Part shown: positions 1 through 9,562 of the stretch, one piece after another
How positions within the stretch are numbered: the stretch's first letter is position 1
Layout of the letters: every line of letters begins with the position of its first letter
Translations under genes and position numbers: made by a program
Notes under the pieces: model-generated
Seen by the model: the letters and a program-made list of their open reading frames with translations, nothing else
What the model was told of the DNA's origin: nothing
Database searches by the model: none
Assembly: GCA_003567855.1 (NCBI GenBank)
Contig: PWYM01000267.1
Coordinates: forward strand, 1 to 60,264
Direction: 5' to 3'
Source: Gammaproteobacteria bacterium
GTDB lineage: Bacteria > Pseudomonadota > Gammaproteobacteria > Steroidobacterales > PWYM01
Length of the DNA: 60,264 nt

Positions 1-181
1 AGGCGGCTGATTTTCAGCATTTCGGCTCCTGCGGATTCATTGGGGACGATTTTAGTCCTATTTGGCTGTCCACGCCAGAGGTGGAGCCGTTTTCGAACCG
101 GCGCACCGTCGCCTGCGGGGCATTCTGCTATGCTTTCCGGCTGGATCCGCCTGTCAGTCACAGCCTATCGGAGGTCTATAC

Positions 182-1201
182 ATGAGTGCCCAGGAACTCA
201 ACCGCATCGCAACCGCCATGGTGGCGGCAGGAAGGGGCATACTGGCAGCCGACGAGAGTTCGCCGACGATCAAGAAGCGCTTCGATACGATCAGCGCCGA
301 GTCGACCGAGGAAAACCGTCGTGCCTACCGCGAGATGCTTTTCACCGCCGACGGCATGGCCGAACACATCAGCGGCGTGATCATGTTCGACGAAACCCTG
401 CGCCAGTCGTGCGCCGACGGCACACCGTTCGCGAAGTACCTCGCTGACCGCGGCGTCATCCCCGGCATCAAGGTCGATGCCGGCGCCAAGCCGCTCGCCG
501 GATACCCGGGCGAGAAGGTCACCGAGGGCCTGGACGGGCTGCGCGACCGCCTCGCCGAATACCACGAGCTCGGCGCGCGGTTCGCGAAATGGCGCGCGGT
601 GATCGACATCGCCGACGGCATCCCGACCGCGTACTGCCTGCAGGCGAACGCGCATGCGCTCGCGCGCTATGCGGCGTTGTGCCAGGAAGCCGGCATCGTG
701 CCGATCGTCGAGCCGGAGGTGTTGATGGACGGCGGCCATGACATCGCGCGCTGCGAGGAGGTCACCGCCGAGACGCTCTCGCGCGTGTTCCGTGAGCTGC
801 ATGCGCACCGGGTGCTGCTCGAGGGCATGGTGCTCAAGCCGAACATGATCGTCGCCGGCAAGAAGTGCAAGCGCCAGGCCGGCGTGGACGAGGTCGCCGA
901 GGCGACGATACGCTGCCTGCGCCGCTACGTGCCGAGTGCGGTGCCCGGTATCGCATTCCTGTCGGGCGGACAGAGTGCCGAGGACGCCACCGCCCATCTG
1001 AACGCGATGAACCGCGCCGGCCCGCATCCATGGAACCTTACGTTTTCGTACGGGCGCGCGTTGCAGGCGCCGGCACTCGAGGCGTGGGGCGGGAAGGTGG
1101 ACCGGCTGGCGGCGGGCAGTGCCGCGTTCGCAAAGCGTGCCCGCCTCAACGGGCTGGCCACCCTCGGCGAATACCGCGCCGACATGGAGAAGGCCGCCTA
1201 G
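182..1201 (+). CDS. fba: Fructose-bisphosphate aldolase, class I
   Basis: GILAADES, FAKWRAV, VPIVEPEV, LKPNM (Schiff-base Lys), FLSGGQS and FSYGRALQ motifs; GGAGG RBS before ATG 182. Confidence 0.95.
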   Translation: MSAQELNRIATAMVAAGRGILAADESSPTIKKRFDTISAESTEENRRAYREMLFTADGMAEHISGVIMFDETLRQSCADGTPFAKYLADRGVIPGIKVDAGAKPLAGYPGEKVTEGLDGLRDRLAEYHELGARFAKWRAVIDIADGIPTAYCLQANAHALARYAALCQEAGIVPIVEPEVLMDGGHDIARCEEVTAETLSRVFRELHAHRVLLEGMVLKPNMIVAGKKCKRQAGVDEVAEATIRCLRRYVPSAVPGIAFLSGGQSAEDATAHLNAMNRAGPHPWNLTFSYGRALQAPALEAWGGKVDRLAAGSAAFAKRARLNGLATLGEYRADMEKAA

Positions 1202-1223
1202 GGCGCGGCTCGGGCGGCCACGG

Positions 1224-2057
1224 ATGGGTACCCTGCGCGCCGATCGCGGCGACCGGCCGCTGGTCGAGATCCGCGGCCTCGGCTTCCGTCGTGGTGCGGT
1301 CAAGGTCTTTGACGGGCTGGATTTGGACATCCAGCACGGACGCGTCACCGCGATCATGGGTTCCAGTGGCGCCGGCAAGACGACGCTGCTGCGCATGATC
1401 ACCGGCCAGCTGCGCCCGGATGCGGGCAGCGTGCGCGTCGGGCCGTATGACGTGGCCACGCTGTCGGTGGACCGGCTCTACGAGATGCGCCGCAATATCG
1501 GCATGCTGTTCCAGAACGGCGCGCTGCTGACGGACCTCGACGTGTTCGAAAACGTCGCCTTTCCGCTGCGCGAGCACACGCGGCTGCCCGAACGGCTGAT
1601 CCGCCACATCGTGCTGACCAAGCTCGAAGCCGTCGGGTTGCGTGGCGCCGCGCGGCTGCTGCCCCAGGCGCTGTCGGGCGGCATGGCCCGTCGCGTCGCG
1701 CTCGCGCGGGCGGTCGTCATGGACCCCGACCTGCTGATCTACGACGAGCCCTTCGTCGGGCTGGACCCGATCTCGATGGGGGTCGTCGTGCGACTGATCC
1801 GGCGCCTCAACGAAGCGTTGGGCATCACCAGCATCGTGATCTCCCATGACATCCACGAGCTGCGTGACGTATCCGACCATTCGTTCCTGCTCGGCGACGG
1901 CCGCGTGATCGGTGAGGGCGCCCATCGCGAGCTGATGGCGAGCGAGGCGCCGTTGGTGCGCCAGTTCATGCACGGTGAGGCCGACGGACCGGTCGCGTTC
2001 CATTACCCGGCGCCCGACTACGCCGACGACCTGTTCGGCCCGGAGTCGCGCGGATGA
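1224..2057 (+). CDS. mlaF: Mla/Ttg2 ABC transporter ATP-binding subunit
   Basis: Walker A GSSGAGKT, LSGGM signature, YDEPFVGLDP, C-terminal GPVAFHYPA typical of MlaF; followed by mlaEDCB. Start approximate. Confidence 0.93.
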   Translation: MGTLRADRGDRPLVEIRGLGFRRGAVKVFDGLDLDIQHGRVTAIMGSSGAGKTTLLRMITGQLRPDAGSVRVGPYDVATLSVDRLYEMRRNIGMLFQNGALLTDLDVFENVAFPLREHTRLPERLIRHIVLTKLEAVGLRGAARLLPQALSGGMARRVALARAVVMDPDLLIYDEPFVGLDPISMGVVVRLIRRLNEALGITSIVISHDIHELRDVSDHSFLLGDGRVIGEGAHRELMASEAPLVRQFMHGEADGPVAFHYPAPDYADDLFGPESRG

Positions 2058-2821
2058 GCGTACTGCGCGAGCTGGGGGAGTCGTTCGTCTCGTTTCTGCG
2101 CATCCTCGGCGACATGGCGCTGTTCCTGCTGCGCCTGGTCATGTATACCCCCCGGGGACTGCTGCGCTTCCGCCTCGTCGTACACCAGGTCCACAATACC
2201 GGTGCGCTGTCGCTGGTCATCATCATGATCAGCGGCCTGTTCGTCGGCATGGTACTCGCGCTGCAGGGCTTCGACCTGCTGGCACGGTTCAATTCCGAGG
2301 ACGCGCTCGGCACCGCGGCGGCGCTGGCACTGATCAAGGAACTCGGTCCGGTGGTCACGGCGCTGCTGTTTGCCGGTCGTGCCGGTACCGCACTGGCGTC
2401 TGAAATCGGCCTGATGAAGGCGACCGAGCAGCTGTCGGCAATGGAGATGATGGCGGTCGACCCGATGCGACGGGTGGTGCTGCCGCGCTTCCTCGGCGGA
2501 GTGATCGCGATGCCGCTGCTGGTCGCGATCTTCACCGCGATAGGCATTTTCGGTGCCTGGCTCGTCGGGGTGGTGATGATGGGCGTCGACGCCGGTTCCT
2601 TCTGGTCGCAGATGCAGGCCAATGTAAGTGGCGACGAAATTTTCGAGGGCGTGTTCAAGAGCGTGGTGTTCGGGATCGCGGCGAGCCTGATCGCGGTCTA
2701 CGAGGGATACAGGGCGTGGCCGACGGCCGAGGGCGTCGGGCGTGCAACGACCCGGACGGTGGTGCTTACCGCGGTCTCGGTCCTGATCCTCGACTACATG
2801 ATCACCGCGGCACTGCTCTGA
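2054..2821 (+). CDS. mlaE: Mla ABC transporter permease
   Basis: ELGPVVTALLFAGRAG and EQLSAMEMMAVDP motifs; ATGA overlap with mlaF. Confidence 0.95.
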   Translation: MSVLRELGESFVSFLRILGDMALFLLRLVMYTPRGLLRFRLVVHQVHNTGALSLVIIMISGLFVGMVLALQGFDLLARFNSEDALGTAAALALIKELGPVVTALLFAGRAGTALASEIGLMKATEQLSAMEMMAVDPMRRVVLPRFLGGVIAMPLLVAIFTAIGIFGAWLVGVVMMGVDAGSFWSQMQANVSGDEIFEGVFKSVVFGIAASLIAVYEGYRAWPTAEGVGRATTRTVVLTAVSVLILDYMITAALL

Positions 2822-2828
2822 GAGGTGG

Positions 2829-3308
2829 ATGACCATGCAACAGACACGAACGGTTGAACTCGGCACCGGGCTTTTTGTCTTCCTCGGTGTGGTGGCGCTG
2901 TTTTTCCTGACCACCCAGACGACCGGCTTCAGCGGGTTCATGGGGGGGGATGCCTACCGGGTGACGGCGCGGTTTGACAATATCGGCGGGCTCACCACGC
3001 GGGCGCCGGTGACGATGGCCGGAGTGACGATCGGCCGCGTGGAGGCCATTGAATTCGATCCGGAGCGGCTGAATGCCCGTGTGACGATGCGCATCGACGG
3101 GCGCTACGACCAGATTCCCGACGACTCGGAAGCTTCGATCCTCACCGCCGGCCTGCTCGGGGGCCAGTACATCGGCCTCGGCGCCGGCGGGTCGTTCGAC
3201 AACCTTCGCGACGGTGACGAGATCTATCTCACCCAGTCGGCGATCGTGCTCGAGAACCTGATCAGCCGCTTCCTGTTCCAACAGTCTCAGGAGGACCAAG
3301 ATGACTGA
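2829..3308 (+). CDS. mlaD: MCE-domain lipid asymmetry protein
   Basis: N-terminal TM helix, FDNIGGL..APV..AGV.IGRV and ILTAGLLGGQYI MCE motifs. Confidence 0.95.
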   Translation: MTMQQTRTVELGTGLFVFLGVVALFFLTTQTTGFSGFMGGDAYRVTARFDNIGGLTTRAPVTMAGVTIGRVEAIEFDPERLNARVTMRIDGRYDQIPDDSEASILTAGLLGGQYIGLGAGGSFDNLRDGDEIYLTQSAIVLENLISRFLFQQSQEDQDD

Positions 3309-3981
3309 CAAGATCCTGCGCGTGGCGGCGCTTTCGCTGCTGCTGGCCGTGGCCGGCACCGCAGCCCATGCCGAAGAGGAAAAGGACAGGGCCTCGCTCG
3401 CGCCCGATGAGCTGATCCAGTACACCGCGCGCAAGGCGATGGATGAGCTCGAGGAGCGCCGCGCGGAGTTCGAGGAGGACACCGAGGCGCTGTACAAGGC
3501 GATAGACCGGATCCTGCTGCCCGTGTTCGACATCCAGCGCTCGGGTGACCTTGTGCTCGGACGTCACGCGAGGGAAGCGTCCGCGGACCAGCGCCGGCGC
3601 TTCGCACGGGCACTCTACGAGTCGCTGGTGCGCCAGTACGCCGACAACGCCATCGGGTTCTCGCCGGACAGGCTGGTCGTGCGCCCGTTGCGCGGCGATC
3701 CGGATCCACGTGCGACCCGCGTGGAGACCGAGGTGAACCTCGACGACGGCACCAACATCACGATCAACTACGTATTGCGTGAGACTGACGACGGCTGGAA
3801 GGTCTTCGACGTGATCGCCGAAGGCATTTCGTATGTCCGCAACTTCCGCAGCCAGTACGATTCCGAAATCCGCCGCCGTGGGCTCGACGAGGTGATCGCC
3901 CGGCTGGAGCGCGCCATCGAGCGTGGGGAGGTCGACGATGTGGTGCCCGACGTCACGGATGGCGAGGGCGACGCGGGCTGA
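3301..3981 (+). CDS. mlaC: Periplasmic phospholipid-binding protein (MlaC/Ttg2D)
   Basis: Signal peptide, WKVFDVIAEGISYV..FRSQY motif, operon position. Confidence 0.92.
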   Translation: MTDKILRVAALSLLLAVAGTAAHAEEEKDRASLAPDELIQYTARKAMDELEERRAEFEEDTEALYKAIDRILLPVFDIQRSGDLVLGRHAREASADQRRRFARALYESLVRQYADNAIGFSPDRLVVRPLRGDPDPRATRVETEVNLDDGTNITINYVLRETDDGWKVFDVIAEGISYVRNFRSQYDSEIRRRGLDEVIARLERAIERGEVDDVVPDVTDGEGDAG

Positions 3982-4001
3982 GGCCCGCGTGTTCCGTTTT
4001 C

Positions 4002-4319
4002 ATGGCTTCGGCTGACCCCGGACTCGTCGTTCGTGACGGCACGCTCGTCGTCACCGGCGCGCTGACCTTCAGTACCGTAGATGCCGCGGTCTACGAGCGC
4101 AGTCGCGCGCTGGTGGGTGACGCGCACGTGCAGGTGGTGGACCTGTCTGGCGTCAGTGCGGCCGATTCGGCCGGGCTCGCGCTGCTGATCGAATGGCAGT
4201 CCGTCGCTCGTGCCAGTGGCAGGTCCCTGGCGCTGCGTAGCGTGCCGGTCGGACTGCGCGCGATCGCAGACATCTCCGACGTGGAACAGCTCATCGGGAT
4301 GGAAGCATCAGCACCCTGA
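4002..4319 (+). CDS. mlaB: STAS-domain subunit of Mla system
   Basis: VDLSGVSAADSAGLALL STAS motif; last gene of mla operon. Confidence 0.88.
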   Translation: MASADPGLVVRDGTLVVTGALTFSTVDAAVYERSRALVGDAHVQVVDLSGVSAADSAGLALLIEWQSVARASGRSLALRSVPVGLRAIADISDVEQLIGMEASAP

Positions 4320-4399
4320 ATACATGCTCTGGGTCGCCCTGAGTACTGCACCGGGTGGGGGTGCGCCGCGATGGCCGGCGCGGCTGCCGCCGGTCGTCG

Positions 4400-5155
4400 T
4401 CAATCCAGATCGTCGAGATCATCGATGTCGTACATGTCGTACATGTCGTCGTCCGGCGGTTGGCCATCGTGAATCAGGTATTCGCGCCTTTGCAGATAGG
4501 CTTCGCGGATGAGTACGTACGGATCGGCAGCCTGCTTGAGCTGCCGGTCGAACGCCAGCAGTTCCTTGCGCGTCTGGATCGCGAACAGCGCGATGGACTT
4601 GTCGCGCACGCTCGAATTCCCGTAGTAGCGAAGCGGATGCGTATAGGTGTCGGCGAACCTGCCGGCGCCGTCGCGGAACGTCGTTGGCCCCATGAACGGG
4701 ATGAACACGTACGGGCCCGACGGCACGCCCCATACGGCCAGCGTCTGGCCGAAGTCCTCGTCAGAGCGCTCGATCCCAGCGCGCGTCGCGACGTCGAACA
4801 GCCCGCCTATACCGAGCGTCGTATTGACCAGGAAGTGGCCGGTGTCGTCGGCGGCCTGCGCGAACTTGCCCTGCAGCAGTCCGTTGACGACCACCACCGG
4901 CATCCCGAGATTGCGGAAGAAGTTGCCGATACCGGTGCGCACTGGTCGCGGCGTGATGGCACGGTACCCGCGGGCGACGGGGCGCAGCACGTAGCGGTCG
5001 CCAACCTCGTGGATGCGATAGCTCACGCGATTGATCGGTTCCAGCGGGTCGGCGTTGCGCGGCTGGCCGTCATCGCGGGGGGTGGTCGCGCAGCCGGTGC
5101 CGGCGATCATGACGGCCAGTGCGAGCAGCAGGGCGCTCGTGCGGGCTCGGGTCAC
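4400..5155 (-). CDS. mlaA: VacJ/MlaA outer-membrane lipoprotein
   Basis: Lipobox GTGC, DPLEPINR, NTTLGIGGLFD, EDFGQTLAVWGV.SGPY..IPFMGP motifs; GTG start at 5155 with GGAAGG RBS. Confidence 0.93.
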   Translation of the reverse strand: MTRARTSALLLALAVMIAGTGCATTPRDDGQPRNADPLEPINRVSYRIHEVGDRYVLRPVARGYRAITPRPVRTGIGNFFRNLGMPVVVVNGLLQGKFAQAADDTGHFLVNTTLGIGGLFDVATRAGIERSDEDFGQTLAVWGVPSGPYVFIPFMGPTTFRDGAGRFADTYTHPLRYYGNSSVRDKSIALFAIQTRKELLAFDRQLKQAADPYVLIREAYLQRREYLIHDGQPPDDDMYDMYDIDDLDDLD

Positions 5156-5235
5156 AGGGCTTCCTTCCGTGTGTCTCGATGTTGTTGTGTGACGGGCCTG
5201 TCGCCGGCAGTGCAGGGTGTGCGCGCGCTGGCAGC

Positions 5236-6780
5236 TCAGCGTCGACTGGTGCGTGCGTCGCGCGGGCGCTCGCCGCGCTCGGCCTCCTGGCGTTCGAGCT
5301 CGCGGCGCAGGTCCGGCGGTACCACGTCCATGATCCACTCGATGCGCGATTCGAACCGTGCGCGCTGCACGCTCGTGACGTCCGCAGAAGACAATGCCAT
5401 ACGAAGCTGGTTCATCGCCAGCGGGGCGTTGCCGTTCACGATGTGATACTCGGCCATGTAGTAGTGCGCCTCGGCCTCTTCGCCGTTGGCGCTGGCGGCG
5501 AGCGCGATCAGGCGAATCTGCTCCGGCGTGGGAGGCACGTGGTTGAGCACGTCGAGCAGCACGCGGTGGGCGCGCTTGGGGTTGCCCTGCGCCAGCAGCG
5601 CCTCGCTGTAGTGGATCGTCAGCGGCAGGTTGCGCGGAAACAGCGACACGGCGCGCTCGTAGACCTCGATCGCGCGTTCGGCCTGCCCGTTGGTCATGTA
5701 GGAGTCCGCGAGACCGATGTGAAACTGGATGATTTCGGGATGCGCATCAACGAGTTCCCGGAAGGTGGTGTTGGCGATGTCGGCGACCCCGCCCCGGTTG
5801 ACCTGCGCAAGCGCGAGACCGTAACGCATGCCCAACGAGTCGCCGTTAGCCGATTGGGCTTCTATTTCACGCTTGAACCAGTCGACGGCGGAATCCGGGG
5901 TGCTTGAAGACAGTACCCGCAGGCGCGCCTTGATGAGTTCGTAGCTGGTCGAGTCCTCGCGGCGCTCGTGGCGGTCCTGGAGCTGGCGGGCGCGGGCCAT
6001 GCCCTCGGCGATGCGGGTGGTCGTGACCGGGTGGGTCTGCAGCATCTGCGGCGCGCGCGCCTGCCCATAACGGCGCTGCAGGACCTCGAAGAAGCGCGGC
6101 AGGCCCTCGGGGTCGAAGCCGGCCGAGGCAAGCACCTCGATGCCGATGCGGTCGGCTTCATGCTCGTTGGAGCGCGTGTAGGCGATCTGCTGCTCCATCG
6201 CCAGGCCCTGGCCCATCATGATCGCGCCCATCGCCGCGTCGCCACCGCCCGCCATGCCGATGATGACGCCGGCGAGCATGGATGCGAGTGCCATCATCGA
6301 CGACCGCTGGCTGGCCTGAATCGAACGCGAGATGTGCCGCTGCGTGACGTGGGCGATTTCGTGTGCGAGCACGCCGGCGAGTTCACTCTCGTTGCGCGAG
6401 GCCTCGATGAGCCCGCGGTTGACGCCGATATAGCCGCCGGGCACCGCAAACGCGTTGATCGCCGGGTCGTCCACGACGAAGAAACGGAAGCGGAAGTCGC
6501 CGTCGTGGGCGTGGCCTGCGAGCCGGTGGCCGATGTCCTGGATGTATTCGTCGACCAGCGGGTCCTCGACGATCTTGCCGGCTTCGCGAAGCTGGCGAAG
6601 CACCATCCGCCCGATCTGGGCCTCCTGGTCCTTGGACATGACCTGGTCGGACGGCGAACCCATGTCCGGCAGGTTGATGCCCGACTGCGCGGCCGCCGGT
6701 GCGATGGGCGCAAGCAGCAGGCCCGGCAAGAGCAGCAGGAGGACGAGCTGGTGGCGGAGGCTGGACACGATAGGTGGCAC
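5236..6780 (-). CDS. bepA: M48 family metalloprotease with TPRs (BepA/YfgC-like)
   Basis: Signal peptide, LPDMG, INAFAVPGG, HEIAH zinc motif, EHEAD, THP and C-terminal TPR helices. Start approximate (6768-6780). Confidence 0.88.
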   Translation of the reverse strand: MPPIVSSLRHQLVLLLLLPGLLLAPIAPAAAQSGINLPDMGSPSDQVMSKDQEAQIGRMVLRQLREAGKIVEDPLVDEYIQDIGHRLAGHAHDGDFRFRFFVVDDPAINAFAVPGGYIGVNRGLIEASRNESELAGVLAHEIAHVTQRHISRSIQASQRSSMMALASMLAGVIIGMAGGGDAAMGAIMMGQGLAMEQQIAYTRSNEHEADRIGIEVLASAGFDPEGLPRFFEVLQRRYGQARAPQMLQTHPVTTTRIAEGMARARQLQDRHERREDSTSYELIKARLRVLSSSTPDSAVDWFKREIEAQSANGDSLGMRYGLALAQVNRGGVADIANTTFRELVDAHPEIIQFHIGLADSYMTNGQAERAIEVYERAVSLFPRNLPLTIHYSEALLAQGNPKRAHRVLLDVLNHVPPTPEQIRLIALAASANGEEAEAHYYMAEYHIVNGNAPLAMNQLRMALSSADVTSVQRARFESRIEWIMDVVPPDLRRELERQEAERGERPRDARTSRR

Positions 6781-6857
6781 GCTGTTGGGCTGGCGGCTGA
6801 AGATTGGACCCGGACGCCTCCGGGCGGTTCCGGCCCTTGCAGGATTATAGCCCCCGG

Positions 6858-8294
6858 TCAGAGGACTTCCGAGGCGAAATCCGCAAGCCGCGAGCGCTCG
6901 CCACGCAGCAGTGTGACGTGTCCGGCATGCGGCCACTGCCGGAAGCGGCTGACGAGGTAGGTCAGTCCGGAAGTCGATTCCGTAAGGTAAGGGGTGTCGA
7001 TCTGCGCGAGGTTGCCGAGGCAGACCATCTTGGTCCCCGGGCCGGCGCGGGTGATCAGCGCCTTCATCTGCTTGGAGGTGAGGTTCTGCGCCTCGTCGAG
7101 GATCACGAAGCGCTTCAGGAAGGTGCGCCCGCGCATGAAGTTCAGCGAGCGGATCTTGATGCGGTTGCGCAGCAGGTCCTCGGTCGCGGCACGTCCCCAC
7201 GCGCCGCCCTCGCCGGGCCTCGCGAGCACCTCGAGGTTGTCCATCAGCGCCCCCATCCACGGCTCCATCTTTTCCTCTTCGGTGCCGGGCAGGAAGCCGA
7301 TGTCCTCACCGAGCGGGATTGTGACACGCGTCACGATGATCTCGTTGTAGAGGTTCTGGTCCAGCGTCTGAGCGAGGCCCGCCGCGAGCGTCAGTAGCGT
7401 CTTGCCGGTACCGGCGGGGCCCAGGATGGTCACGAGGTCGACGTCCGGGTCCATCAGCAGGTTCAGCGCGAAACTCTGTTCGCGATTACGCGCGTGGATG
7501 CCCCACACCGCGTGACGCTCGTTGCGGAAGTCCTGCGCGACCTCAAGTACCGCGGAGTCGCCGTCGCGCTCGCGCACCAGAACCTCGAAGCGCCGCGCCC
7601 GGGCACGGTCGCTGTACAGGCACAGGTTGGGGCGCCAGCCGCGCACCGCTTCGCCGCGGATGCGATACCAGGTGCGCCCGTCAGCCTGCCAGGACTCCGG
7701 TTCATGCTCGAGGCTGTCCCAGAAGTCGTCTGGCAGTGCCTCCACGCCGGCGTCGAGCACCGCATCGTCTTCGAGCACGGTGTCGCTGAAGTAGTCTTCG
7801 GCGGCGATACCGAGGATCGTCGCCTTGATCCGCAGGTTGATGTCCTTGGTGACGAGGGTCACGCGGTCATCGGGGCGCTCGGCCTGCACGGCCAGCACCG
7901 CGCCGAGGATCACGTTGTCGGCGAGGTTGCGCAGCGGCAGTTCGCCGAGTTCCTCCTGCGCGATGCGCGTGGGGAAAAACAGCCGGCCACCGCCGTGACG
8001 CCCGTGACGCCGGTCGGGTTCCATGCCGGAGGGGATCGGGATGCCGTCCTGCAACGGCGCGCCCGGGTCGAGCTGCTGCATGAGCTCGTTGAGGAACCGG
8101 CTTGCCTGCCGCGCGTTGCGCGCGACGTCAGACAGTCCCTTCTTGGCCGCGTCGAGTTCCTCGAGTACGACCATAGGGATGCAGATGTCGTGTTCGTCGA
8201 AGCGAAAGATCGCCGCCGGGTCGTCCATCAGTACGTTGGTGTCCAGAACGAACACCCGGTTGCCGGCCACGACGGGCTTGGTGCGGGGTGTCAT
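6858..8294 (-). CDS. PIN-domain PhoH-family ATPase (PhoH2/YlaK-like)
   Basis: N-terminal VLDTNVL PIN motif; GPAGTGKT Walker A, MRGRT, DEAQN. Confidence 0.92.
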   Translation of the reverse strand: MTPRTKPVVAGNRVFVLDTNVLMDDPAAIFRFDEHDICIPMVVLEELDAAKKGLSDVARNARQASRFLNELMQQLDPGAPLQDGIPIPSGMEPDRRHGRHGGGRLFFPTRIAQEELGELPLRNLADNVILGAVLAVQAERPDDRVTLVTKDINLRIKATILGIAAEDYFSDTVLEDDAVLDAGVEALPDDFWDSLEHEPESWQADGRTWYRIRGEAVRGWRPNLCLYSDRARARRFEVLVRERDGDSAVLEVAQDFRNERHAVWGIHARNREQSFALNLLMDPDVDLVTILGPAGTGKTLLTLAAGLAQTLDQNLYNEIIVTRVTIPLGEDIGFLPGTEEEKMEPWMGALMDNLEVLARPGEGGAWGRAATEDLLRNRIKIRSLNFMRGRTFLKRFVILDEAQNLTSKQMKALITRAGPGTKMVCLGNLAQIDTPYLTESTSGLTYLVSRFRQWPHAGHVTLLRGERSRLADFASEVL

Positions 8295-8301
8295 CCGGCG
8301 G

Positions 8302-8769
8302 TCAGAGCGCCTTCACGGCTGCGAGGACCTCTTCAGCATGCCCGGCGACCTTGACCTTGCGCCATTCCTCGCGCAGCACGCCGTCGCCGTCGATGACGAA
8401 GGTGCTGCGCTCGATGCCGCGGACCTTCTTGCCGTACATGTTCTTCTGCCTGATTACGTCGAACACGCCGCACAGCGCCTCGTCCTTGTCGGAGATCAGG
8501 TGGAAGGGGAACTCGTACTTGTTTCTGAAATTCTCGTGCGCCTTGAGCCCGTCGCGGGAGATGCCGAAGACGCGGGCACCGGCCCGCCGGAACTTCGCGT
8601 GCAGTGCAGCGAAATCCTGGCCCTCGGTGGTGCAGCCCGGGGTGTTGTCCTTGGGATAGAAGTAGAGCACGACGGGGCTGCCTGCCAGGTCTGCCAGCCG
8701 GACCGTGCCGCCAGTCGATTCAGCTTCAAAATCCGGCACCTTGTTGCCGACTTCAACTGCTGCGCTCAT
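8302..8769 (-). CDS. bcp: Peroxiredoxin Bcp/PrxQ
   Basis: YFYPKDNTPGCTTE, ERSTFVID; gcvR-bcp synteny. Confidence 0.93.
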   Translation of the reverse strand: MSAAVEVGNKVPDFEAESTGGTVRLADLAGSPVVLYFYPKDNTPGCTTEGQDFAALHAKFRRAGARVFGISRDGLKAHENFRNKYEFPFHLISDKDEALCGVFDVIRQKNMYGKKVRGIERSTFVIDGDGVLREEWRKVKVAGHAEEVLAAVKAL

Positions 8770-8797
8770 GAGGTTCCTCCGTGGAGACGTGCGCGGT

Positions 8798-9328
8798 TCA
8801 GCCCTTGACCGGTTCCATGATCGCGTCGAGGTTGTGCTGGTCACAGAAGTCCATGAATTCCTCGCGCAGGCCCGCGATGTGCATGTCGGCAGGGACGTTG
8901 ACCGTCAGCTGTACGGAGAACATCGGCGCGCCCGTATGGGCGGCAGCATAGCTGCGGGTCGAAAGCTCGGCAACGTCGATTTCACGCGTGGCAAAGAAGT
9001 CGGAGAGCTTGTGGACGATACCCGGCTGGTCAAGGCATACGGCGTCGACGGCGTAGGGCAGAAGGTTGTCCCGCGTGCCGCGCGGCTCGCTGCGCCGCAT
9101 GTGCACGTTCATCGACTGGTTCTCGGAGAAACGCCCGAGTTCCTGCTCGAGCCGGGTGACCGTGTGCCACTTCCCTGACACCAGCATCAGTACCGCGAAT
9201 TCCGACGCCAGCGCGGTCATGCGACTTTCGTGGATGTTGCCACCGCAGTCGAGCACCACGCGCGTGAGGTCGCGCAGGATGCCCTTGCGGTCTGAGCCTA
9301 CGGCTGAAATCACCAGCAACTGCTGCAT
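8798..9328 (-). CDS. gcvR: Glycine cleavage system regulator (tandem ACT domains)
   Basis: LVISAVGSDRKGI and DQPGIV ACT motifs; divergent from dapA as in other gammaproteobacteria. Confidence 0.9.
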   Translation of the reverse strand: MQQLLVISAVGSDRKGILRDLTRVVLDCGGNIHESRMTALASEFAVLMLVSGKWHTVTRLEQELGRFSENQSMNVHMRRSEPRGTRDNLLPYAVDAVCLDQPGIVHKLSDFFATREIDVAELSTRSYAAAHTGAPMFSVQLTVNVPADMHIAGLREEFMDFCDQHNLDAIMEPVKG

Positions 9329-9562
9329 GGCGGGGCGGATCCTGGGAATGCTGTGACTGACGCTGGACATGTTCTCTGACGGGCGCGATGCGCGCCAGTG
9401 GAGCGCTGTGGGCCCTGTGGATATGAGAGCCCGAGAAGCCTGAAGCGGGCCGACCGCGCCCACCCGCAGCTGCAACACCGGGCAGCGGGCGTGACCACCG
9501 GCTTGCGTGGGCCAATCCCCAACATTACCATGCGGCGGCCTATATTTTCCAAGGAAACCCGG

